DNA of 19,882 bases from assembly GCA_934647235.1 (NCBI GenBank), contig CAKUFG010000035.1:1-19882 (forward strand), read 5' to 3'. Positions 1-6,823 of this stretch are shown here, piece after piece. This stretch comes from an uncultured Clostridia bacterium (GTDB taxonomy: Bacteria > Bacillota > Clostridia > Christensenellales > Aristaeellaceae). Within the stretch, counting starts at the first letter, position 1; every line of letters starts with the position of its first letter. Made by a program: the position numbers and the translations under genes. The notes under the pieces were generated by a model, which was given only the letters and a program-made list of their open reading frames with translations, ran no database searches and was not told the DNA's origin.

Positions 1-856
1 GCACCGAGGCGGGCAGCGTTACCTGCCTGAGCGCCGTGCGGTAAAAGGCGTAATCGCCGATGGTCTCAATGCCCTCCGCCAGCGTAAGCTCGGTCAGCGC
101 CGCGCTTTCGCACAGGGATTCTGGAATATGCTTCACGCTGCCGGGAAGCGCCAACGAAACAAGATTCATGCTGCATAAGCTGTTCGGCTCCAGCTCCGTA
201 ACAGAATCCGGAATGGTCAGCGCGCGCAGATACGGCAGGTTTGCCAACGCCCCGCCACCGATGCTTTGCACGCTGTCGGGGATGGTCAGCGCAGTGGCCG
301 CGCAATACAGGTTCTCCAGCGCACCCTCGCCCAGGCGGCGCACGCGCGGCAGGTCGATTGCGTCGCCCGCCCGCAGCCGGGGCGCATAGAGCAGCGTATC
401 GGCGCGCCGGTCGATCAGATACCCGCGCTCCACAGTGAAATACGGATTGTCCGGATCCAACGCAATCTCCGCCGTCACATGCGAAAAGCAGCCCTCGGCA
501 ATGCGCTCCAGACTGGCAGGAAAGTAGAGTTTCTTTACATCATGGCAGCAGGTAAAAGCCCCGTCATCCAGATACCTGAGGGTGCCAGGCAGGATGATCG
601 CCTCCACCAGCGCTCCTTCAAACGCACTCTCCGAATTGTTAAACGCATTTTCGCCAATGCCCACCACGGGCTGCCCGCCCAGGGCGTCGGGCACGGTGAT
701 CACCGCGGGCGTTTGCGCCTCGTCTGCCACGTAGTACATCGTCACGATCGCGCCGTCCGGGGTAAGCATATAGGTAAAATCGCCTTCCGTATCTCCAAGC
801 GCGGCCATGACCGGCAGGCACAAGAGCGCAAGCATCACGGCAAATAGCTTTTTCAT
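1..856 (-). CDS. BspA-type leucine-rich-repeat (LRR_5-like) secreted/surface protein; 5' part only, C-terminus lies beyond the window edge
   Basis: Minus-strand frame from ATG at 856-854 stays open to position 2 with no in-frame stop (checked codon by codon). It is absent from the ORF track because it has no stop inside the window. N-terminus MKKLFAVMLALLCLPVMAALGD looks like a signal peptide. The rest carries repeated L..L.IP.SV..IG..A motifs, e.g. ALTIPDSVQSIGGGALANLPYLRALTIPDSVTELEPNSL and LTLAEGIETIGDYAFYRTALRQVTLP. The + ORF 266..847 is its antisense shadow. Confidence 0.75.
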   Translation of the reverse strand, partial: MKKLFAVMLALLCLPVMAALGDTEGDFTYMLTPDGAIVTMYYVADEAQTPAVITVPDALGGQPVVGIGENAFNNSESAFEGALVEAIILPGTLRYLDDGAFTCCHDVKKLYFPASLERIAEGCFSHVTAEIALDPDNPYFTVERGYLIDRRADTLLYAPRLRAGDAIDLPRVRRLGEGALENLYCAATALTIPDSVQSIGGGALANLPYLRALTIPDSVTELEPNSLCSMNLVSLALPGSVKHIPESLCESAALTELTLAEGIETIGDYAFYRTALRQVTLPASV

Positions 857-931
857 AGGCAGCACCTCTCGCTATAAAGACGAAAAAGTCCAGCGTTTTC
901 CTGCGTGCAGGCAAAGTTTTTTCGGGCATGC

Positions 932-959
932 AAAAGCCGCCTGATCAAAATCAGGCGGC
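932..959 (-). terminator. Rho-independent terminator after the 974..2899 gene
   Basis: GCCGCCTGAT (936-945) / ATCAGGCGGC (950-959) form a perfect 10-bp stem with a 4-nt loop. On the minus strand the stem is followed by TTTT (complement of 932-935). It lies 15 nt downstream of the stop codon. Confidence 0.7.
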
Positions 960-973
960 TGATGGGTATGTAA

Positions 974-2899
974 TTATTCGTCCTCGCTGGGCGCATCCGC
1001 AGGCTTACGGCTGGCGCGGCGGCGGCGGGAAGGCGCGTCGGCAGCGTTTTCAGCGGGGGTATCCTGCGCGGGCTGCTCCTGCGCGGGAGCCTGGGGCTGG
1101 GGCTGCGAATCCTCGCGGGTCAGGCGGTACGCGCCGCCGTCGTCGGATTGCTGCTTGACGGGCTGGGGCGCATCCTCCTTGAGAATTTCATCCGAGGGCT
1201 TTTCGCTCAGCGCGTCGGGCGCGGCCTCCGGCTCGGTATCGGCGATATCGGCCTCGCCGTAACGGGCGGGCTCGGTATAATCGCGGCGCTCGGCCAGATC
1301 CATATGATCGTAGGCGTTGCGGGAGGTGCTGCGGCGCTTGGCGCGCATCACGGTGCTGACGGCGAACAGCAGGAAGCTGGCGCCAAACAGCCCGGCGAAC
1401 ACCAGCGCGGCGGTGCGCAGATAGCCGCTGGTCTGGCTGGCCACGGGCTCAAGCACCTCGATGGGCGCAACCGTGACGGTAACCAGGGGCGCGACCGTCA
1501 CCTGCGGCACGGCGGTGGGCGCAGCAGTAGGCGCGGCGTAGGCAATGGTGATTTCGTTGGAATCAAAGGTCTGGGTGTTATCCAGCGCATCCTTGATGCT
1601 GGCGGTAAAGCGGAACTTGCCCGCCTGGGAGATGGTGAAATCGCGCTCGATGGTGACGGTCTGCGAAGGGGCCAGCTCGCTCACGGTGGTGATGCGGGTA
1701 GCGCCGTGATACAGGGTCACGTTCTTGGCCGTCTGGGAGGAATTGTTGGTCAGCTTCAGGGTGAAGCGCACATCGGCGGGCACCTGCGCCACGGTGGCGG
1801 TGCTGGCGGCGGCGTCCAGGGTCAGATGCATCATCTGGCCGGGGCTGTAAACGCTGATCTTGACCTCGTTGGAGGAGATCACGTTGGTAGCGCCCGTATT
1901 ATCCGGCAGGGTGACGGAATACTTGAAGGACGTGCTTTCGGACAGGGTGAACTGCTTTTCGCGCACCAGCGTTTCGCCGGGGCCCAGGGTGAGATTGGTG
2001 AAGATCTCGCCGTACTTGGCATCCGTCACGCTGATATTGGAATAGGTAATGTTGCCGTTGTTCTTGATGGTCAGGGTGAGGGTAACGGTGTCGCCGTTCT
2101 CGATGGAGGTCTTGTCGGCCGTCAGGATTTCATCCAGCACCAGGCCGGGATTGGCCTTGGGGATGGTGACGGCGGGCAGCTCCTGGGACAGGGACTCGTC
2201 CCCCGCCTTGTAGGTCACCTTGCCGCGGCTGGTCAGATCGTTCTGGCGCATGGTGGCGGTGAACTTGATGGTCTTGCGCTCGCCCGGCGCCAGCGAGGTG
2301 ACGGACTGCGCATTGGCGGAAATGGAGGTGTTCTCCTCCACGCGGATGTTCTTGATTTCCACATTGCCGGAATTGTACAGCTCATACTGCACGGTGGCGG
2401 TCTTGCCGTTGCGCACCACCTCGGGATCGATGGTACGGTTGACCGTCAGGCGCGGAGCCGTACCGGTAAAGGTCAGCGCGGCGCTGGCGCTGAGGGACTT
2501 GACCACCACGTTGCCGCTGGCGTCCACATCGTTATAGCTGAGCATGTAGGTCAGCTTGCCCTCGTCCAGCTGCTGCTGGGTGACGCTGTAGGTATGCTGC
2601 GCGGTCACATAATCGCCCTTTTTGATCAGCGCCTGGCCGCCGTCCCCAAAGGTAGGCACCAGCGCGCCGCTGGGATCGTAGAGCATGACCGGCTCGGTCA
2701 TGTCGGTTTCGCCCGCGTTAACCACGCGCACCGACACCGTAACGGGGCCGGGCGCGGTGAGGCTGGAAGGCTCGACCGACAGGGTAAAATTGATATTGTC
2801 GTCCGCCATGGCGGGCAGCGCAAACAGCAATGCCAGCAGCAGAAGCAGCGTTGTAAGCATTGCGCGGATACTTCTTTTGGATTCATGGGCAAAAAACAT
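974..2899 (-). CDS. Membrane-anchored surface protein: signal peptide, four tandem DUF11/CARDB-like beta-sandwich repeats, C-terminal TM helix, disordered acidic/Pro-rich tail
   Basis: ORF 974..2953. I prefer the internal ATG at 2899 (M19) because GGAAGGGGGG lies 6 nt upstream and the product then starts MFFAHESKRSIRAMLTTLLLLLALLFALPAMA|DD. There are four ~105-aa repeats, each with a V.V.N.G-type strand (VSVRVVNAGETD, VQYELYNSGNVE, LTLTIKNNGNIT, FTLKLTNNSSQT). These are followed by an AP/TV linker, the TM helix AALVFAGLFGASFLLFAVSTVM plus RAKRR, and a ~118-aa low-complexity tail. Domain family assigned by eye only. Confidence 0.8.
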   Translation of the reverse strand: MFFAHESKRSIRAMLTTLLLLLALLFALPAMADDNINFTLSVEPSSLTAPGPVTVSVRVVNAGETDMTEPVMLYDPSGALVPTFGDGGQALIKKGDYVTAQHTYSVTQQQLDEGKLTYMLSYNDVDASGNVVVKSLSASAALTFTGTAPRLTVNRTIDPEVVRNGKTATVQYELYNSGNVEIKNIRVEENTSISANAQSVTSLAPGERKTIKFTATMRQNDLTSRGKVTYKAGDESLSQELPAVTIPKANPGLVLDEILTADKTSIENGDTVTLTLTIKNNGNITYSNISVTDAKYGEIFTNLTLGPGETLVREKQFTLSESTSFKYSVTLPDNTGATNVISSNEVKISVYSPGQMMHLTLDAAASTATVAQVPADVRFTLKLTNNSSQTAKNVTLYHGATRITTVSELAPSQTVTIERDFTISQAGKFRFTASIKDALDNTQTFDSNEITIAYAAPTAAPTAVPQVTVAPLVTVTVAPIEVLEPVASQTSGYLRTAALVFAGLFGASFLLFAVSTVMRAKRRSTSRNAYDHMDLAERRDYTEPARYGEADIADTEPEAAPDALSEKPSDEILKEDAPQPVKQQSDDGGAYRLTREDSQPQPQAPAQEQPAQDTPAENAADAPSRRRRASRKPADAPSEDE

Positions 2900-2958
2900 G
2901 CCCGACCCCCCTTCCTGATACGCGGACACCCGCGTGGAACGGCATGATTGCAAATTTT

Positions 2959-2987
2959 ATTGTACTTTATTCATTGCGTTCTGTCAA
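2959..2987 (-). promoter_or_regulatory. Sigma-A-type promoter for the 974..2899 gene
   Basis: Minus strand reads TTGACA (2987-2982), a 17-nt spacer, then TACAAT (2964-2959), about 55 nt upstream of the preferred ATG. Confidence 0.55.
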
Positions 2988-3100
2988 GCAAAGCGCAGCT
3001 TTTCCAGTTATTTCTGCAGAGTTTTTACAATATTATCGGTGCTCGGCACGCCCGCATTGGGGAAAGCAGGGCCCCAGGACCCTGCCGCCGGTGAAAAACA

Positions 3101-3129
3101 TTGACAAAATCCATCGAAAACCGTATGAT
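3101..3129 (+). promoter_or_regulatory. Sigma-A-type promoter for prmA-rsmE
   Basis: TTGACA (3101-3106), a 17-nt spacer, then TATGAT (3124-3129). The ~90-nt leader contains an 8-bp hairpin, CTGCGTTC gccg GAACGCAG (3150-3169). Confidence 0.55.
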
Positions 3130-3227
3130 GAAATATGGTTCATGATTGACTGCGTTCGCCGGAACGCAGCCCATGGTCTGTGCCGCAGCGCGGCCTTTCA
3201 GACTGTTTGAAGGAGTTTTTTCTATTT

Positions 3228-4157
3228 ATGGATTGGATTGAAGTGACCATTTCTACCAACACCGAGGGCGCGGATATTGTTTCGGAGACGCTGATGCGCC
3301 AGGGCGCGGTAGGCACGCAGATTATTGACCGCAGCGATGTGCCCGATCCCGATAAGCCCAACGGCTATTGGGAGCTGATCGACCGCAAAATGCTGGATGA
3401 AATGCCCGAGGATGTGCAGGTGAAGGCCTGGTTTTCCACCGTGGAGGAGCTGCGCGGGCTGAAAAACTGCCTGGACGCGCTGCCTGAGCTGACGGGCATG
3501 GACCTGGGCACGCTCAGAATCTTCCAGGAGGGCGTGCACGAGCAGGATTGGGCCGAGTGCTGGAAGCAGTATTACAAGCCCTTCCGTGCCGGCGAGCACC
3601 TGGTGATCAAGCCCAGCTGGGAAACCTGGGATGAGCAGCCCGGCGATCTGGTGATCGAGCTGGATCCCGGCATGGCCTTTGGCACGGGCACGCACGAGAC
3701 CACCGCCATGTGCGTGGCCATGATTGAAAAGCATTATCATGGCGGCGAGGTGCTGGACGTGGGCACGGGCAGCGGCATCCTGGCCATCGCGGCGGCGCGG
3801 CTGGGCGCGCGAGAGGTGCTGGGTGTGGATATCGACCCCATGGCCGTGCGCGTGGCGCAGGAAAATGTGGAAAAGAACGGCCTGGCCGATCGCGTGACCA
3901 TCTGCGAGGGCGATCTGGTCAAGGGTCTGGATAACGTGCAGTGCGAGTTCGCCGTGGCCAACATCCTGGCCGAGGTGATCATGCTGCTGGCCGCGCCACT
4001 CAAGAGCCATCTGACCGAGAACGCCACGTTCGTGTGCTCCGGCATCCTGCGTGAGCGCGAGGATGAGGTGACCAAGGTGCTCACCGCCAACGGCTATCAG
4101 CTGTTTGACCGGATGGAGAAGGGCGACTGGGTAGCGCTGGCCGCCCGCGTGCGCTGA
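3228..4157 (+). CDS. prmA: Ribosomal protein L11 methyltransferase
   Basis: ORF 3180..4157, with the start moved to ATG 3228 (GAAGGAG at 3209-3215). It begins MDWIEVTISTNTEGADIVSETLM, the typical PrmA N-terminus. It has the PrmA signature IELDPGMAFGTGTHETT and the SAM-binding motif VLDVGTGSGILAIAA. The rsmE gene follows immediately, the classic prmA-rsmE arrangement. Confidence 0.93.
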   Translation: MDWIEVTISTNTEGADIVSETLMRQGAVGTQIIDRSDVPDPDKPNGYWELIDRKMLDEMPEDVQVKAWFSTVEELRGLKNCLDALPELTGMDLGTLRIFQEGVHEQDWAECWKQYYKPFRAGEHLVIKPSWETWDEQPGDLVIELDPGMAFGTGTHETTAMCVAMIEKHYHGGEVLDVGTGSGILAIAAARLGAREVLGVDIDPMAVRVAQENVEKNGLADRVTICEGDLVKGLDNVQCEFAVANILAEVIMLLAAPLKSHLTENATFVCSGILREREDEVTKVLTANGYQLFDRMEKGDWVALAARVR

Positions 4158-4158
4158 T

Positions 4159-4884
4159 ATGCATCGTTTTTTTGCCGATGAGCGCGGCATTCAGGGCGAT
4201 ACGGCCTATCTGGAGGCGGAGGACGCCCGCCACGCCCTGCGCGTGCTGCGGCTGGATGTGGGCGCGCAGGTGCAGCTGTTTGCTGCTGGTCAGGCCTACG
4301 CGGCCAGCATCTGCCAGACCGGCCCGGACGGCGTGGCTGTGCGCGTGCTTGAAAGGCTGAGAAGCCCCGAGGCTTCCCTGCGCGTTACGCTGTATCAGGG
4401 CGTGCCCAAGGGCGATAAGATGGATTATATCGTGCAGAAATGCACCGAGGCGGGCGTTTGCCGCATCGTGCCGGTGGAAATGCCCCGGTGCGTGGCGCAT
4501 CTGGACGGCAAGGACGATAAAAAGCTCGCCCGCTGGAACCGCATCGCCCGCGAAGCGGCCAAGCAGGCCTTTCGCCCCGTCACGCCCGAGGTGGCCGCAC
4601 CCATCGATCTGAGCGCTCTGTGCCGCGCGCTGCTCGGCCATCAGCTGGCGCTGGTGCCCTGGGAGGATGCGCGCGAGGGCACGCTGCCGCGCCTGATCAG
4701 CCCGGATATCGCCGACCTGGCCATCGTGATCGGCCCGGAGGGCGGCATGGGCGAAAACGAGGTGCAGCGCATGCTGGACAGCGGCGCGCGCGCCGTGACG
4801 CTGGGGCCGCGCATTTTCCGCACCGAAACCGCCGGGCTGGCGGCAATCATCGCCGCCATGACGCTGAGCGGAAACCTGGAATAA
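4159..4884 (+). CDS. rsmE: 16S rRNA (uracil1498-N3)-methyltransferase
   Basis: ATG lies 1 nt after the prmA stop, suggesting translational coupling. The N-terminus MHRFFADE is typical of RsmE. The C-terminal SPOUT-knot region reads IVIGPEGGMGENEV...GPRIFRTETAGLAAI. Length 241 aa. Confidence 0.9.
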   Translation: MHRFFADERGIQGDTAYLEAEDARHALRVLRLDVGAQVQLFAAGQAYAASICQTGPDGVAVRVLERLRSPEASLRVTLYQGVPKGDKMDYIVQKCTEAGVCRIVPVEMPRCVAHLDGKDDKKLARWNRIAREAAKQAFRPVTPEVAAPIDLSALCRALLGHQLALVPWEDAREGTLPRLISPDIADLAIVIGPEGGMGENEVQRMLDSGARAVTLGPRIFRTETAGLAAIIAAMTLSGNLE

Positions 4885-4914
4885 TTTCATCCTTGGAAAC
4901 CGTTTTTTATGATT

Positions 4915-4931
4915 GCCGCCCCTTGGGCGGC
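4915..4931 (+). repeat. GC hairpin GCCGCCC ctt GGGCGGC, copy 1 (same arms as the terminator hairpin at 5101-5117)
   Basis: 7-bp GC stem, 31 nt downstream of the rsmE stop. It is preceded by TTTTTTATG (4903-4911) but not directly followed by a T-tract. The arms are identical to 5101-5107 / 5111-5117. Confidence 0.6.
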
Positions 4932-4935
4932 TCAC

Positions 4936-4977
4936 GTCATTTTCTTGTGAGCCAGAGGCTCACGGGCAGAAAATGAC
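4936..4977 (+). other. Long interrupted hairpin (10 bp + 7 bp)
   Basis: GTCATTTTCT (4936-4945) pairs perfectly with AGAAAATGAC (4968-4977). The inner arm GTGAGCC (4947-4953) pairs with GGCTCAC (4957-4963). A second GGCTCAC at 4929-4935 offers an alternative partner. Confidence 0.6.
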
Positions 4978-4981
4978 ATAG

Positions 4982-5003
4982 GAAGCAGCCTGACGGCTGC
5001 TTC
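4982..5003 (+). other. Perfect 9-bp hairpin GAAGCAGCC tgac GGCTGCTTC
   Basis: Read directly from the sequence. No T-tract follows. Confidence 0.6.
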
Positions 5004-5036
5004 TCGCGCCGTACACGCCGCCGCTGCGGATTACAT

Positions 5037-5060
5037 ATGAAGGAGCTGCGGCCCCTTCAT
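5037..5060 (+). other. 7-bp hairpin ATGAAGG (10-nt loop) CCTTCAT
   Basis: Read directly from the sequence. It sequesters a GAAGGAG motif in the left arm and loop. Confidence 0.45.
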
Positions 5061-5100
5061 GCATCCCAAGAGCTTCAACAAGGCTTTTTTGACAGGCTGC

Positions 5101-5124
5101 GCCGCCCCGTGGGCGGCTTTTTTT
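5101..5124 (+). terminator. Canonical intrinsic terminator, hairpin copy 2 plus a T7 tract
   Basis: GCCGCCC cgt GGGCGGC is followed immediately by TTTTTTT (5118-5124). Confidence 0.75.
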
Positions 5125-5183
5125 ATGCGCGGCGCGCGTCAAGGCAGGAATTGTAAATTATTGGATATAGCTCCAATTGGCTA

Positions 5184-5212
5184 TTGCTAATCCTGTTAAA
5201 TCATGGTATATT
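5184..5212 (+). promoter_or_regulatory. Sigma-A-type promoter (extended -10) for the CotH-like gene
   Basis: TTGCTA (5184-5189), a 17-nt spacer ending in TGG, then TATATT (5207-5212), in an AT-rich stretch. This predicts a ~140-nt leader. Confidence 0.5.
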
Positions 5213-5278
5213 GCAGTTGCAGCTGTTTTCTATGATCGTATCGTTTATTCAATACAAAAAGTGGCAAGGACATTGAAA

Positions 5279-5287
5279 AAGGAGGGG
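5279..5287 (+). promoter_or_regulatory. Orphan Shine-Dalgarno-like sequence AAGGAGGGG in the predicted 5' leader
   Basis: A strong SD match lies 72 nt upstream of the real start, with no usable start codon at proper spacing. TTG abuts it directly and reads only TTG TCC GGC TAA. Confidence 0.4.
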
Positions 5288-5358
5288 TTGTCCGGCTAAG
5301 AACGCACTTTTGTTTCTCACATCTTCACAATTGACCTGCCCAAAAGGAGGAATCTTTC

Positions 5359-6618
5359 GTGAACAAATGGCGTTCCTTTGCAGTACTGTGCTGCATCATG
5401 ATTCTGTGCGCGCTGCCCGCGATGGCGCAGGAGAAGCAAACCCTGCCGGTAATTACGATCACCTACGCCTCCGACGCCTCTCTCTCTCAGGAAACCGCTG
5501 TAGACGCGCAGATCACGGTGGCGGAGGGCGGCCAGGAAAGCACCTTCCAGGCCAGGCTGCGGCTGAATAAAACGGCTTTGGATTTGGTGGAGAAAGACCT
5601 GCCGCAGCAGAGCCTGCATATTGAAAGCATTGATCAGGGCGCGAAAACGCGCTTCGTCCTGTATAACGATGGCGGAGATGCGCTGCGAACCAAGCTGCTC
5701 AGCACGGCCTGCTCCAGCCTGGTGGCTCAGGGCCCCGTGGCGGTGCCTGTGCGCACGCAGGAGCCGGTGGAGGTGTACGTCAACGGCGATTACCGTGGCC
5801 TGTATTCCCGGCGAGAGGATATCGCAGACGCCATTGCCCGCTTTGAGGGGCTGGACAGCACCGCCATGCTCAATGCAGCCGATGTGAACATGGAAGCCTT
5901 CTGCGGCGATACGTCCGGCATTACCAACGCCCTTCAGCAGATTAAGAGCCTGAACCTCTCCCTTGAAGCGGATCGGCAGACACTGAGCGCGCTGCTGGAT
6001 ACCGAGAGCTTTTTGAACTGGGCGGCGGTAAACGTATTCTTCGGCAATCTGAATATGAAAAGCGACGTTGTCTTCTATCAGGTTGGCAATGGGCCGGTCA
6101 AGTGCGCCATGGGCGATTTTGCCTACGCGCTGATGTTTGCCTCGACCAACCCGCTTGCCTCGCTGAATACGATGACCACGGATTCTGTCGTCATCATAGA
6201 AAGCATGCTGCTTAGCCAGCCTGAATACCGCGAGGCCTTCCTGATCAAGCTGGGCGCGCTGTATCAGGCCTTGCCCACGCAGACGCTTCAGCAGGCTGTG
6301 GACGCGGCGAACGCCCAAATCGTCTCCGCGCTGCCACGTCACATGGAGCGCTGGACTGCAGCCTTCATCCAGGCCATGGCCGGCAAGAATAACTATCTCG
6401 TCACAAACACGCAGGAGGCGCTGCTCTGCCAGCAGTATGCCATCTACCGTTTGCGGGATAAAACGCTGGTGCGGCGTCCCTGGTATCTGTACGATCTGAC
6501 CCAGAGCGCGCTGGAGGTATCCGATGCGGATATGCTGCGCTATTTCGGCGGCGAAAAGCCTGCACTGATCGAAGTACCTACCGACACCTGGGAGGAGTAT
6601 AAAGCCAGCAATCAGTAA
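5359..6618 (+). CDS. Secreted CotH-like family protein (tentative family call)
   Basis: GTG start lies 8 nt after AAGGAGG (5344-5350). Signal peptide MNKWRSFAVLCCIMILCALPAMA|QEK. The motif VEVYVNGDYRGLYSRREDI resembles the CotH core (v.vNGey.GlY...E). FLNWAAVNVFFGNLNMKSDVVFYQ resembles the CotH C-lobe. No alignment was possible. Confidence 0.6.
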   Translation: MNKWRSFAVLCCIMILCALPAMAQEKQTLPVITITYASDASLSQETAVDAQITVAEGGQESTFQARLRLNKTALDLVEKDLPQQSLHIESIDQGAKTRFVLYNDGGDALRTKLLSTACSSLVAQGPVAVPVRTQEPVEVYVNGDYRGLYSRREDIADAIARFEGLDSTAMLNAADVNMEAFCGDTSGITNALQQIKSLNLSLEADRQTLSALLDTESFLNWAAVNVFFGNLNMKSDVVFYQVGNGPVKCAMGDFAYALMFASTNPLASLNTMTTDSVVIIESMLLSQPEYREAFLIKLGALYQALPTQTLQQAVDAANAQIVSALPRHMERWTAAFIQAMAGKNNYLVTNTQEALLCQQYAIYRLRDKTLVRRPWYLYDLTQSALEVSDADMLRYFGGEKPALIEVPTDTWEEYKASNQ

Positions 6619-6689
6619 CTGGCGGAAACCTGGAATAAAACGGAAATTTTAAGCCAATCCATGCTTTTACAGGCCGTTCTGAGCGAACG

Positions 6690-6733
6690 GCGGCGCTTTT
6701 CCGGCTGCGGCGGGAGGGAGCGCTGCTTTTTTT
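6690..6733 (+). terminator. Intrinsic terminator after the CotH-like gene
   Basis: GCGGCGCT (6690-6697) pairs with AGCGCTGC (6719-6726), 8 bp including one G-U. The structured 21-nt loop is followed by TTTTTTT (6727-6733). Confidence 0.6.
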
Positions 6734-6766
6734 ACAGTTTCAATTGTAATAATTTCGCAATAATCA

Positions 6767-6795
6767 TTTACATTTCTGAAATGCTGTGATAAAAT
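6767..6795 (+). promoter_or_regulatory. Sigma-A-type promoter (extended -10) for the SH3b/PG-binding gene
   Basis: TTTACA (6767-6772), a 17-nt spacer ending in TGA, then TAAAAT (6790-6795). Confidence 0.55.
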
Positions 6796-6823
6796 GAGAC
6801 GACTACAAAAGGGGGTCCTTTTT

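Noticed and set aside
1148-2947. 599-aa + strand ORF, very Gly/Arg/Ala/His-rich
   Set aside because: It is antisense to the well-supported 974..2899 gene and has low-complexity GC-driven composition, no SD and no recognisable domain. This is the shadow-ORF pattern typical of GC-rich DNA. The same reasoning applies to 266..847 (+), which lies opposite the LRR gene.
2900-2953. N-terminal extensions given by the ORF track (2900-2953, 3180-3227, 6794-6823, 11302-11481, 12125-12130, 16182-16241)
   Set aside because: In each case an internal start has a much better SD at proper spacing and yields a canonical N-terminus (signal peptide or family-typical start). The extensions overlap promoter or leader sequence.
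3222-4190. 322-aa minus-strand ORF, with 4081..4935 (-) and 3737..4090 (-)
   Set aside because: These are antisense to prmA and rsmE, whose products carry clear family signatures. The antisense translations are low-complexity and lack SD sites.
4981-5003. AGGAAGCAGCC resembles the conserved domain-IV segment of SRP (4.5S) RNA
   Set aside because: Here it is simply one arm of a perfect 9-bp hairpin. The flanking SRP features are absent: the GGUCCGGAAGG region with its GGAA tetraloop, the asymmetric loops, and the 5'/3' closing helix.
5059-5190. 43-aa ORF (MHPKSFNKAFLTGCAAPWAAFFMRGARQGRNCKLLDIAPIGYC) preceded by GAAGGAG
   Set aside because: The 13-nt SD spacing is long, and both the SD and the ATG are buried in the 5037-5060 hairpin. 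The frame also runs through the 5101-5124 terminator into the next gene's promoter.
5317-6342. 341-aa minus-strand ORF
   Set aside because: It is antisense to the CotH-like gene, which has a strong SD and a signal peptide. There is no independent support.
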